Shown piece after piece: positions 54,973 to 64,000 of a DNA stretch of 64,000 bases. A program made the translations under genes and the position numbers. The DNA lies in assembly GCA_965207225.1 (NCBI GenBank), contig CBDBLV010000004.1:192001-256000 (forward strand). The letters run 5' to 3'. Under the pieces are notes generated by a model that made no database searches, was not told the origin of the DNA, and saw nothing but the letters and a program-made list of their open reading frames with translations. Origin of the DNA: Dehalococcoidia bacterium. Its GTDB lineage: Bacteria; Chloroflexota; Dehalococcoidia; Plut-88900. Numbering within the stretch: the first letter of the stretch is position 1; every line of letters begins with the position of its first letter.

Positions 54973-56667
54973 CTAATCCGGCCTGGCGAGGGCGGCGCAT
55001 CTTCCGGCGGGGCACACCTTGTCGATGATATGGGCGTTCAATTCGCTTTCAAAATACTTGAGCGCCGACTTTATGGGATTGACCGAGAGCTGGCCATGCC
55101 CGCAGAGGGAAGTGAGCAGGGTGTCACTCATGGCGAGCATCCGGTCCACGTCTCCTTCTTTCGCGCCGCCTTCTGTCATGGTCTCGAACATTTCCAGGAT
55201 GTGCTTGGTCCCGATCCGGCAGGGGAAGCACTTGCCGCAGGACTCCTCGTTATTGAAGTCGGCGAGGATGGCGGCCATCTCCACGGGGCAGGAGCTTTCG
55301 TCGCCGACGATGATGCCGCCGGAGCCGAGGATTGCGCCCCTTCCGGCCATCTCATCGAAGTCGAGGGTTACATCTATCTCGGAGGGGCCGAGGAACCCGC
55401 CGAGGGGGCCGCCGGTCTGGAGGAGCTTGATCTCGTTTCCAGGGCTCACTCCGCCTGCAACGTCGTCGATCACCTGGCGGAGGGTGAGGCCAAAGGGGAC
55501 CTCGGCCATCTGGGGTCGGGCGACGTTGCCCGTGAGGCACACGATGGCCGTGCCCTTGCTGCGTTCCGTCCCGATGCCGGCGTACCAGTCGCCGCCCTGT
55601 CGCAGGACTTCCGGCACGTAGGCGTAGGTCTTGACGTTGTTAATGTTGCTGGGCTTTCCCCAGAGTCCTACCTGGGCGGGGAAGGGGGGTCGGGACCTGG
55701 GCATGGCCCGTTTGCCCTCGATGGCTTCCATAAGGGCGGTCTCCTCGCCGGAGACGTAGGACTCGCCGGTCAGGGCTACTGCGATGTCGAAGTTGAAGTC
55801 GGTGCCGAGGATGTTCTTGCCCAGCAGGCCTTCTTTATAGGCCTGGTCTATGGCGGTCTGGGTGGTCTTGATAACGTCACGGTGGACGCAACGGATGAAA
55901 ACGTAGCCTTTGCTGGCGGCGGTGGCGTAACCGGCTATGGTCATGCCTTCGAGGACTGTGTGGGGGTCGCTTTCGAGGAGACCCTTGTCGTTGTAGGCGC
56001 CGGGGTCTCCCTCCTCGGCGTTGCAGAGGATGTACTTGGTCGGGCCGGGGGCGCCGGCAAGGAAGCGCCACTTCATGGCGGCGGGGAATGCGGCCCCACC
56101 CCTCCCCCTCAGCCCCGACTTCAGGACTTCCTCGATGACTTCGGCGGGCTGCAAATCCGAGAGGCAGCGGTCGAGGCCGGCGTAGCCGCCGTTGGCGATG
56201 TACTGGTCGATGTCCGAGGGGTCGATGGTGCCGCAGTTGCGCATGGCAACGCGGACCTGGGGTTTGAGGTCGGGGATGTCGAAGAGGGCGGGGACGCCGT
56301 CGAGGGAGCCCTCTCCCCTAATACCGATGGCGAGGTCGGGCCTGGGGTTTCCGCCGACCAGGTAGTCCTTGACGAGGGTTTCAGCAAGGGCTGGGGTTAC
56401 GTTGGCGTAGGTGATGCGAGGCTGGCCGGGGACGATTATGTCTACCAGCACCTCGGCGTAGCAGAGGCCGATGCAGCCGACCCTGTGGACCCGAGCCTCG
56501 ACGCCGTTGGCGGCGATAGCCTTTTCAAAAGCGTCGATGACCTGCAATCCTCCGGCGGCCCGGCCACAAGTCGCCGCCCCGACCATGATGCGGATGGGGG
56601 AGCCACTGGCAAGGGCTTCCCACCCAGTGTCGGAGCGTTTCTTAAGCTGTTGATAGGCTTCGGTCAT
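54973..56667 (-). CDS. nuoF: NADH/FMN-binding NuoF/HydB-like subunit with N-terminal thioredoxin-like 2Fe-2S domain
   Basis: SGLRGRGGA.FP, CNAEEGDPG, GEETAL...IEG, ESCGKC.PCR.G; N-terminal TCG.AAG and VGCIGLC. Confidence 0.88.
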   Translation of the reverse strand: MTEAYQQLKKRSDTGWEALASGSPIRIMVGAATCGRAAGGLQVIDAFEKAIAANGVEARVHRVGCIGLCYAEVLVDIIVPGQPRITYANVTPALAETLVKDYLVGGNPRPDLAIGIRGEGSLDGVPALFDIPDLKPQVRVAMRNCGTIDPSDIDQYIANGGYAGLDRCLSDLQPAEVIEEVLKSGLRGRGGAAFPAAMKWRFLAGAPGPTKYILCNAEEGDPGAYNDKGLLESDPHTVLEGMTIAGYATAASKGYVFIRCVHRDVIKTTQTAIDQAYKEGLLGKNILGTDFNFDIAVALTGESYVSGEETALMEAIEGKRAMPRSRPPFPAQVGLWGKPSNINNVKTYAYVPEVLRQGGDWYAGIGTERSKGTAIVCLTGNVARPQMAEVPFGLTLRQVIDDVAGGVSPGNEIKLLQTGGPLGGFLGPSEIDVTLDFDEMAGRGAILGSGGIIVGDESSCPVEMAAILADFNNEESCGKCFPCRIGTKHILEMFETMTEGGAKEGDVDRMLAMSDTLLTSLCGHGQLSVNPIKSALKYFESELNAHIIDKVCPAGRCAALARPD

Positions 56668-56682
56668 GGGGTTGCGGTGAAC

Positions 56683-57150
56683 TTAGCGGACGTCCTTAAT
56701 AAGCTGGACTGCGGCCTCGGGGGTGAGGTCTCCGTAGATCATCTCGTCGACCATGGCCACGGGCCCGTGGGCGCAGGCGGCGGCGCAGGACGACCTCTTC
56801 CAGGTAACCTGTCCGTCCTCGGTGGTGCCTTCCTCTTCCATGCCGAGCTCGGCCTTGACCGCCGACATCACCTCGGCGGCGCCGCGGACGTGACAGGAAG
56901 GGCCCCAGCATACTTCTACGGTGTGGGGCCCGGGAGGGGTGAAGCGGAAGTGGGTATAGAAGGTGGCCACGCCGAAAACATCGTTGATGGAAGCGTCGGT
57001 GTAGTCGGCGATGAGGGGGATGGAGTCGGGGGGCAAGAACCCGAACTCTTCCTGGACGTAAATCAAGGATGAGAGAACGGTGACTTCCTCTTTGACCTGT
57101 CGATCCAGGGCCTGGTTGACTCTGTCTGTCGTAGAGGCCGTTGCCGTCAT
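56683..57150 (-). CDS. nuoE: NuoE-like 2Fe-2S subunit
   Basis: Q..FG.LP, GVATFY..F, VC.G.SCH..GA, C..AC..GP. Confidence 0.9.
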   Translation of the reverse strand: MTATASTTDRVNQALDRQVKEEVTVLSSLIYVQEEFGFLPPDSIPLIADYTDASINDVFGVATFYTHFRFTPPGPHTVEVCWGPSCHVRGAAEVMSAVKAELGMEEEGTTEDGQVTWKRSSCAAACAHGPVAMVDEMIYGDLTPEAAVQLIKDVR

Positions 57151-57188
57151 GGGAGGTAGCGCTTGCTCCGAGGGTGAACTTGCGCACT

Positions 57189-57217
57189 ATTATGCCCTAC
57201 ACGCAGAGGGCGTTCAA
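57189..57217 (-). promoter_or_regulatory. Putative sigma70 promoter for the nuoEF/fdh-like operon
   Basis: Minus strand TTGAAC, 17 bp, CATAAT, about 40 nt upstream of nuoE. Confidence 0.45.
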
Positions 57218-57293
57218 GGAGGGCATGGCGGTTTGCGAGGTCAGCGTCCGGGATGGGGACTTCGCCAGCGGGCGTCGAACCTCGACGCGCCAT

Positions 57294-58616
57294 TCAGCCA
57301 GCGTTTTCTTCAAGAACCAGCTTTGCGATGCGCTGACCGAGGCGGATGGAGTAGTTGGTGCCCCGGTCCTCGGGGTAGATCTGGGTGGTATTGGCAAGGT
57401 AGAGGGCGTCGATGGGGGTGCGGTGGGCGGGAATTTTCTCGCCGTAGTTGGTGGTTACGATGGGCTGGGCGGCCTCTTCACGGTGATAGTAGTACTCCTC
57501 GATCCAGGACTCTTCGAAGTCGGGGTTGAGGCGTTTGAGGTGGGGCAGGTACTCGGCCATCAACTCCTCCCGGCTCATGGAGTACATGGGGCTCTCTTTG
57601 CCCAGGTAGTTGCTGAGATAGACGAGATGCTTGCCTCCGTAGTGGGACTTGTCGATGAAGTTGGTGTGTTCGATGACGGCCAGGAAGGGAGTCTTGTAGC
57701 CGCTGATGTTCATCCAGTAGATGTGGGACAGGGGTTTCTTCAAGACCATGACGACCAATATGGCCGCGTGGTACTTGATCCTCTCCAGGGTCTCCCTATA
57801 GTCCTCCGGGAGTTCGGGGACGAGTCTGGGGAAGATGTAGGACGGGGTTGTGGAGATTACGAGGTCGAAGCCTTCGGTGGTTGTTTCGCCATTCGCCCCC
57901 TTGACCTCCAGGCCGGTGGCCCGGTTGTTTTCAACGTTGACCCGGGTCACGGGGGTGGAGAGGCGGACCTCACCGCCCATCGCCTCGATGCGCTCCGTTA
58001 GGACCTCGAAAACTTCGCCGAAGCTGCCCATGGGGTAGCCTAGCTTTTCCTTCTGAAGGCTCTTATCCCGGGAGGCGACGCGGAGGTAGATCTTGCCCCA
58101 GAGCCAAGCCATGCTTATTTCGTCGGCGCTGACTCCGAACTTGCCTCTGAGCAGGGGGCCCCAGACCACGTCATAAGCCTGCCTGCCCGCCCACTTGATA
58201 ATCCATTCTCTGGCAGTGACGCCCTCGAATTTCTTCCAGTTGCTTGTTTTCTGCAGGTACAGGGTCACGAGGCCCAGGCGGATGCGGTTGATAAGGCTCA
58301 AGGGCTTGAACTTGAGCAGGTCGAAGGGGGTCACGAAGTTGTAGATGGTGCCCTCGTGGTAGAAGCCGACCTTCGACTCTATCCAGGCCAGCTTGTCTCC
58401 GAGGCCCAGTTCGTGGATGAGGTCAACCATGTAGGTGTCGCTCTTGAAGAGGTGGTGGTAGCCGCGCTCCAGCCGTCCGCCTCCGACATCGAAGGTGGAG
58501 GCCTGGCCGCCAACGAAGGGAGCGGCCTCGTAGACCTTCACTGAGTGGCCCTTCTTCAGCAGATCATAGGCCGCGGCCAAGCCCGCTGCCCCTGCCCCTA
58601 TGACTCCTATCTTCAA
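57294..58616 (-). CDS. FAD-dependent oxidoreductase (protoporphyrinogen/amine oxidase superfamily, glycosylation-locus type)
   Basis: IGAGAAGL, LE..YHH.F.SD, W.PLL..KFG, LGY..G.F, IEHTN, IYPEDRG.NY. Confidence 0.85.
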   Translation of the reverse strand: MKIGVIGAGAAGLAAAYDLLKKGHSVKVYEAAPFVGGQASTFDVGGGRLERGYHHLFKSDTYMVDLIHELGLGDKLAWIESKVGFYHEGTIYNFVTPFDLLKFKPLSLINRIRLGLVTLYLQKTSNWKKFEGVTAREWIIKWAGRQAYDVVWGPLLRGKFGVSADEISMAWLWGKIYLRVASRDKSLQKEKLGYPMGSFGEVFEVLTERIEAMGGEVRLSTPVTRVNVENNRATGLEVKGANGETTTEGFDLVISTTPSYIFPRLVPELPEDYRETLERIKYHAAILVVMVLKKPLSHIYWMNISGYKTPFLAVIEHTNFIDKSHYGGKHLVYLSNYLGKESPMYSMSREELMAEYLPHLKRLNPDFEESWIEEYYYHREEAAQPIVTTNYGEKIPAHRTPIDALYLANTTQIYPEDRGTNYSIRLGQRIAKLVLEENAG

Positions 58617-59683
58617 TCCCTGCCGTCTCCTTCCAGGGGTATGCTTCCGCCACCCACCGCCCCGGCCGCCGGTGTTCCGCCGCGCACCAGTTCCCTGAAT
58701 GAGCGGTGTTCAAACCACAGGTACATTATCCCGGCAATGACGACTGGCAGCCACAGGACCACGTGGAGGGTAGCGGCGTAGGCCACGGTGGTTTCGGGGT
58801 TGTAGCTGAAGGCGACCAAGGTAATCTTTATGGCCCATTCGAAAGTCCCGACGTTTCCAGGGGCCGCGGGCAGGGCCCCGACCAAGTTGGAGGTGGCAGT
58901 CACAACCATGGCCATGGCGAAGGAGACGTCGAAATTGTCGAAGGAGAGGGTGATCAGGTAGTACATCAAGCACTCCATGATCCAGATGGGGAGCGACAGA
59001 ATGAATATCACGAAGAGCTTCCTGGCACTGCCCAGAGACCCAAGGCCCTCGATGAAGGTCTCGGCGAGGCCCTTGACCATTCCCTTGAACCGGCCGGGTA
59101 CGAAGACGAGCAGCGTCCCTATGGCGATGGATGTGAGCCCGGGTCTAACGGCGAGGGTCACGAAGACGATGATCGCGCCGAGAAACACTGCGAATACTAC
59201 GGCGCTGCCCGCCACCCGACCCCACAGCACTTCTCCGGCGTCGTTTCTCAGGATGTCGGCGAGGGGAAGGAAGGGCCATATCACCAGGAGGAAGAATATC
59301 AGGGTGAGGCCGTCGAAGACGCGGTCGACGCCCACGGTGCCAAGGGCCGAGGTTGTGCTGATGCGCTCGCGGGTCGACAGGTAGTAGGATCGGACAACTT
59401 CACCGAGCCGGACGGGCAGGATGTTGTTGGCCATGTACCCAACGATGGTCACGGGGTAGAGCCGGCCAACCGAGACCTCGGTCAGGTGCTTCATCAGGTA
59501 TTGCCACCGGATGGTCCTGAACCAGAGCGAGCCGAAGTAGACGGCGATGGCGGGCACTACGTACAGGTAGTTTGCGCCCCGCAGAGCGGCCCACGTCTCG
59601 GAATAGTCGATTCGGTAGAGAAAAAGGGTGAGGAAAAGGGCACTGACGGCCAACCCCAGCCAGAGCTTTTTAGACTTTAGCAA
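58613..59683 (-). CDS. Lysylphosphatidylglycerol synthase TM / flippase-like protein (UPF0104)
   Basis: R..RW, GYMANN.LP.RLGEV.R, DRVFD, P..PG.VG.FE. Confidence 0.88.
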   Translation of the reverse strand: MLKSKKLWLGLAVSALFLTLFLYRIDYSETWAALRGANYLYVVPAIAVYFGSLWFRTIRWQYLMKHLTEVSVGRLYPVTIVGYMANNILPVRLGEVVRSYYLSTRERISTTSALGTVGVDRVFDGLTLIFFLLVIWPFLPLADILRNDAGEVLWGRVAGSAVVFAVFLGAIIVFVTLAVRPGLTSIAIGTLLVFVPGRFKGMVKGLAETFIEGLGSLGSARKLFVIFILSLPIWIMECLMYYLITLSFDNFDVSFAMAMVVTATSNLVGALPAAPGNVGTFEWAIKITLVAFSYNPETTVAYAATLHVVLWLPVVIAGIMYLWFEHRSFRELVRGGTPAAGAVGGGSIPLEGDGRD

Positions 59684-59829
59684 TGACCGGTGCGCCCTTC
59701 ATTGGGAATGATTTCATGTTGAGTCGGCGGGCTTTACCGCCCGCCAGTGCTGTTGGATTCGAGCCTGATAGCTATTCAATTATAGGAAGGGGTACTCGGG
59801 CGGGCAAATAAGTGTGGAGGGACACGGGG

Positions 59830-62568
59830 CTATTGTTCTTCCTCCGCTTCGAATGGCTCGGGGGTCAGGCGGAAGAAGACGATGGCGTCCTCTGAACCGA
59901 CTTGCTTATCATCGTCCAGTTCACGATTGAAGAAGTAGTCCCACCACTGTCGCCAGGTCCCTCCGTCGCCCAAAGCGCCTATGAACGTGTCCAGGGGCAG
60001 GGGGCTGGAACCGCTCTTGTATGTGGCGAACTCGGGGAACCAGGCCCGGTGTCCTATCCGCGCTCCATCATCATACGCAACCAGGTATTCGGCGGATGCC
60101 GCCTCATTCCTGTAGTGCATGACGATTACCTCGGCGCCGGGAGGTTCGTTCAGGGCGGAGCATGTTGCATCCGAAGTCTCGGCGTCGTAGCAGGGCCAGT
60201 GTACGTTGGTGTAGTCGCGCAAATACCAGCGCCAGGGGTAGCCGAAGCCGCTGGTGCGGTCGATGATGACAGGCAACTCAAATCCCTGCCCCGTGTCGCT
60301 GGCCCGCTGCTCGATGTTGGCCATGGTGCGGGTTATGTCGGGGGTGGTCTGGGTATAGACCAGCATCTCGATGGGGTAGTCGCCGGTCCCGGGCCTGCCC
60401 AGCCCGTATGCGGCATCCACCGCCACGCGCGTCGAGTGGAATCCGACCAGCGACAGGAGCACCACCCCCACCAACGCAGCAGCCCAGCGCAGATTGAGAG
60501 GGGCCCGCCAGTCGACGCGCTCTATTGCCCGCCCCAGGAATCTCGCCGCCAGCAGAATGATGGGCAGCGCAGTGTGGATCATCAGCCACGGCATCTTCTC
60601 ACCGGCGGAGGAGTAGAGTACAAGGGTGGCTGCGAGCCAGTAGACCAGGAAGGCGTCGAATCGGTTCTCACGGGTGACGGACTTGTAGGTGATGAAAAGA
60701 AGGGCAGCGAACAGGACAAGGGCGTTCAGGGGTTCCCGGCCCGCGTCGTAGCTTTCCAGAGCCGCACCGGCTGCCTCAATGATTCTCGGGACTTCCCAAT
60801 TGATCACCAATAAGAGCAGCACGGCCAGGTTGGCGACCAGGACCCTGCTCTTGAGGAAGGTCTTGTCGAAAGCAAACCAGTAGGTGAACAGGTTGAAGGC
60901 CGCGCCGAGCATCAAGAGCGTGCCGATGGTGAGTCGGGACGCGGGTCCCGAGGGCATCCAGTAGGTGTAGAGGACCAGCGCGGCGGCTATGCCCCAGAAC
61001 AGACCCTGGTAGACCAGCAGGCTGGGCTTCCAGGCGGTCTTTTTCTTGAGTACCAGCCAAGCGGCGCCAACGAGGACAAGGGCAAGGGCCAGGAACTCGT
61101 AGGCCGTGGTCATCAGGAGGTAGTAGTACCAGGGCTGGGCCCCGCGCCTGACCTCCTGCTGGGCGACCCAGTAGCCCAGGGACTGCCAAAGCCCGCTCCC
61201 CAGACCCTGGGCGGTGTTGGTGAAGAATGTCGTGAACAGGAGCAGGAATATCGACCAGAAAATCGCACTGGCAATCAGAAATCTCTTGCGATCCCACCTG
61301 ATGCCAAGATAGAAGCTGGCGGCGAAGAGGTAGACGGTTACGCCGAGCGCTACGGCGAGGCTGATATTTCCCGCGGGAGCGCCGTCGGGGATTCCGGGTA
61401 CGTGGTGTTCACTGCCACCCCCGAAACCGTTGGGGTTGGCAAGAGTGAGGCCCAGGGGTTCCTGGAATACCGCGAGGGCGGCGCCCATGAGGGGCAAGGG
61501 CAGCAGGACCAGCAAGGGCCAAGGGGTCTGGCGCAAACGCTCAATCAGAGGGCATTGGTCAGTAATTTTCTGGTATTGAAGTCGGAAGTGGAGTCGGGAC
61601 CTGCGCAGCATTATGAGCCAGGGCAGGACTGCCACGTAGAGCCCTATCGCCAGGCCCAAGGAGACAAGGCTGAATGTGAGGTTAACCCTTCCGAATACGT
61701 CGTATATGTCAAGCGACCAGAATATCGCCGAGACTATCCACGCGAGGAAGAGTGTGAAGACAAGGGGATAGGGGGCGACTCGGGGCCAGAGTCGTCCGGC
61801 GACGGCCCTGACGTTCGATGCGGCTTGGGAAAGCCTTCGAGGGACACCAGTTTTCAGGCCGTTATGTTGAGTTTGCTCATCGGGCCCCGGGGGCTCATCA
61901 ATACCCTTCAGCCACAGCAGGAAGAAGAAGCCCGCCAGGACGACCATCAGGATGAAGGTGTTTTCTTTCGTAGCGAAGGCAAGGCTGAGGACTGCCGCGA
62001 TGCCGTACAGATATCTCGCTTTCCGCCCGGCCCAGAACTTCCACAGGAAAATGATGAGGAGCAGGGTCCAGGCAGCCATGTAGGCATCGTTGCGGGCGAA
62101 TCGGGTGAAGTAGAGGATGGTCGGTGAGAGGAGGAGCATCAGGCTGGCCAGCATGCAGGTCCAACGCCCTAGATAGTTCCTCATGAAGAAGGGAAGCCCA
62201 ACCACAGCCACCCCCGACACCGCAGCCAGCCCCCTGGCTGTTACCTCGCTTTCTCCGAAGATATTGAAGAACAGGTTGATGCCAAAGAACTGGAAAGGGC
62301 CGTGGGTCAGGGGGTTGTGCTCGTAGGCCCCGAGGAAGTGCAGCGCAAAGAATGCGTGGATGCTCTCGTCGTGGTGCATGGCCCGGGTCCCGAGGTCCCA
62401 GAATCGGGTTAGAGCAGCCAGGGCCACTACCGCCACGTAGTAGACCACCTCCCACCGCGGGACACCTTCCAGCCATCTGAACAGCAGGAAATTCAGCCGC
62501 GCAAAGGTGGAGGTCGGGGTTTCGGGAGCCGCTATTTCCGTGGACTCCGTTTGCTCGGGGCCGGTCAC
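59830..62568 (-). CDS. TIGR03663/Agl23-like GT-C fold membrane glycosyltransferase
   Basis: TRFWDLG.RAMHHDES.H, P..HGP, Y..RF.RND, KE, YW..Q...R..QPWYYY, GEKMPW, E.LVY.QT, P..WYLR. Confidence 0.82.
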   Translation of the reverse strand: MTGPEQTESTEIAAPETPTSTFARLNFLLFRWLEGVPRWEVVYYVAVVALAALTRFWDLGTRAMHHDESIHAFFALHFLGAYEHNPLTHGPFQFFGINLFFNIFGESEVTARGLAAVSGVAVVGLPFFMRNYLGRWTCMLASLMLLLSPTILYFTRFARNDAYMAAWTLLLIIFLWKFWAGRKARYLYGIAAVLSLAFATKENTFILMVVLAGFFFLLWLKGIDEPPGPDEQTQHNGLKTGVPRRLSQAASNVRAVAGRLWPRVAPYPLVFTLFLAWIVSAIFWSLDIYDVFGRVNLTFSLVSLGLAIGLYVAVLPWLIMLRRSRLHFRLQYQKITDQCPLIERLRQTPWPLLVLLPLPLMGAALAVFQEPLGLTLANPNGFGGGSEHHVPGIPDGAPAGNISLAVALGVTVYLFAASFYLGIRWDRKRFLIASAIFWSIFLLLFTTFFTNTAQGLGSGLWQSLGYWVAQQEVRRGAQPWYYYLLMTTAYEFLALALVLVGAAWLVLKKKTAWKPSLLVYQGLFWGIAAALVLYTYWMPSGPASRLTIGTLLMLGAAFNLFTYWFAFDKTFLKSRVLVANLAVLLLLVINWEVPRIIEAAGAALESYDAGREPLNALVLFAALLFITYKSVTRENRFDAFLVYWLAATLVLYSSAGEKMPWLMIHTALPIILLAARFLGRAIERVDWRAPLNLRWAAALVGVVLLSLVGFHSTRVAVDAAYGLGRPGTGDYPIEMLVYTQTTPDITRTMANIEQRASDTGQGFELPVIIDRTSGFGYPWRWYLRDYTNVHWPCYDAETSDATCSALNEPPGAEVIVMHYRNEAASAEYLVAYDDGARIGHRAWFPEFATYKSGSSPLPLDTFIGALGDGGTWRQWWDYFFNRELDDDKQVGSEDAIVFFRLTPEPFEAEEEQ

Positions 62569-64000
62569 TGCGGTTTCACCTTGTAGATCGTGATATCACC
62601 CGACTCAAAGGCCCGGTCCATAAACCTGTCAAAGCTCGCCGTATCCGGGACGTCGTAGAGGTCTCTTTCCAGCCTGCCGACATAGACGTATTCAATGTCG
62701 TATTTCTCCAGCAGGTCCCTGATCACAAAAAGATCGATCTCCGTATAAATTGTCTTGATGTCGTCGGCTCTTTCACGGAACCCGACCCTGTTGCCTCGCC
62801 ACTGCTCTTCGTGGCCCGCCCAGCCGATGACCGTGGGGACGCCGGTGCGCCCCGAGATGCGAGCGTAGTCGATATTGTAGCTGCCGCCAGGTATGCCCCT
62901 GTCATCGACGGACACAGCTTCGACGAGGACGGAGCCGAGGCTTGCGTCCCGGGAGAGAAATTCCAGGCCGCGGCGCTCGGATGAGTCGGAAGGGCCGACG
63001 AAGGCCAGCCCATTCAAGGTTGGGGAACCCGGCCAGGAGTCGGCCTTGTTGTCTATGGCGCCTAAGGAATACATGGAGGTAGCAGCGATTAGCAATCCTA
63101 CCAGCACTACGGCTGTCGCGCCTGCGGCACGGCGGGTGGGTCGGGACCAGTCCCAATTGGCAAGCAGGTAGTAGACCGCGAAGGCGGAGGCCAAGGCCAG
63201 CAGTATCCACGCCTGGTAGTAGAACTTGAAGACGGTGTTCATCCTGTTGTCGAAAACGTCGACGATGCGGAACAGTTCCGGGCCGAGGGTCACGAATAAT
63301 CCCGCGAAGATCAGGATGGTGGCGAATATAACCGGTACGGTCGCCCCTTTGGCAGCATTAAGCCCGAGTCTGAACATCAGCCAAAAGGCCAGCCCGATCA
63401 GGGCCAGCAGGGGAAGCGTCCACAAGAATCGCCGTCCGACCTCCGTCAGCGATTCCGTGGTTTCCCCCTGCACCACACCCGATAGAAGCACAATTGCAGC
63501 CCATACAACAAAGGGTACGAGCAGGACTAAGGCCCCCCGCCCCCATACCCCTCCGACTGCACCGATTGAACGACGGTGACGGAGAACGAGAGTCAGCATG
63601 AATGGCACTGTAATCAGAAGGAATAGACCGAGCACCAGGAAGTAGTCGATATACCGGGTGTGTACGTCCTTGACTGGAAGAACCCAGGGGAAGAGGGGAG
63701 AGGGCCGGTCTCCCAGGTAGAAGGGCAGATAGAGCAAGACTGACAAAGCCACGAGAGCACCTGCGAAAATCGTCCAGTCCTTCATGTGCTCCCGACCCCA
63801 GCTTTCCACCGACCGTCGGCTTGCGATGAAGGTCGTGCCCAGGAAAAGCCCCAGGCCCAGGGGCAGGTCCCAGCTGTTCAGGAAACCCAACGCACCCAGG
63901 GACAAGGCGATAAGGACAAAGGCAACCTTGTTTCTCCTGATCCACCCGACGCCAAAGGTGTCCCCGGAAGCGAGGGCCGTGAACCCCAGGGCAAGGGCCA
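62565..64000 (-). CDS. DUF2298 (Chlor_Arch_YYY) membrane protein, 5' part outside the window
   Basis: NSWD.P, LYLPF, RMNTVFKFYYQAW, TL.G, R.S..TG.PTVIGW.GHE.QWRG, YVG.LER; the frame stays open to the window edge. Confidence 0.85.
   Translation of the reverse strand, partial: ALALGFTALASGDTFGVGWIRRNKVAFVLIALSLGALGFLNSWDLPLGLGLFLGTTFIASRRSVESWGREHMKDWTIFAGALVALSVLLYLPFYLGDRPSPLFPWVLPVKDVHTRYIDYFLVLGLFLLITVPFMLTLVLRHRRSIGAVGGVWGRGALVLLVPFVVWAAIVLLSGVVQGETTESLTEVGRRFLWTLPLLALIGLAFWLMFRLGLNAAKGATVPVIFATILIFAGLFVTLGPELFRIVDVFDNRMNTVFKFYYQAWILLALASAFAVYYLLANWDWSRPTRRAAGATAVVLVGLLIAATSMYSLGAIDNKADSWPGSPTLNGLAFVGPSDSSERRGLEFLSRDASLGSVLVEAVSVDDRGIPGGSYNIDYARISGRTGVPTVIGWAGHEEQWRGNRVGFRERADDIKTIYTEIDLFVIRDLLEKYDIEYVYVGRLERDLYDVPDTASFDRFMDRAFESGDITIYKVKPQ

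Noticed and set aside
55030-57072. 680-aa plus-strand ORF, and similar long shadow ORFs at 53541-54947, 791-2041, 27575-28783 and 58706-59680
   Set aside because: They lie antisense to well-supported genes, carry no motifs, and are expected from GC-rich codon bias.

Overview
GC-rich bacterial chromosome segment. The gene content (F420/LLM oxidoreductases, Pro/Thr/Glu-linker lipoproteins, alternative complex III, DUF2298/TIGR03663 glycosylation proteins, DUF5343) points to Chloroflexota, probably Dehalococcoidia/SAR202-like; this taxonomy is inferred. From left to right: a truncated SDR gene; four tandem PotD-like lipoprotein solute-binding proteins; an epoxide hydrolase; a fused ABC permease; a six-gene lipid cluster (fatty acyl reductase-acyltransferase fusion, two HAD enzymes, Zn-dehydrogenase, LarA/DUF2088 protein, lipid kinase) resembling myxobacterial ether-lipid genes; an orphan ftsZ paralog divergent from a DUF5343 gene; a Qrc/ACIII-type respiratory operon with an inserted LLM gene, followed by ccmHF and amine-oxidase genes; a convergent ccmABCDE operon with an atypical CcmE; a 1.6-kb intergenic region packed with repeats and a long fold-back candidate ncRNA; an acyl-CoA synthetase; mutL-mutS; a NuoEF/Fdh-like module; and archaeal-type glycosylation genes. 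No rRNA, tRNA, CRISPR array or transposase was recognised. The best candidates for novel biology are the structured RNA cassette at 45.1-45.7 kb, the Elb-like lipid cluster, the Glu-type CcmE and the ftsZ/DUF5343/repeat module. All family calls come from motif recognition by eye; no searches were run.
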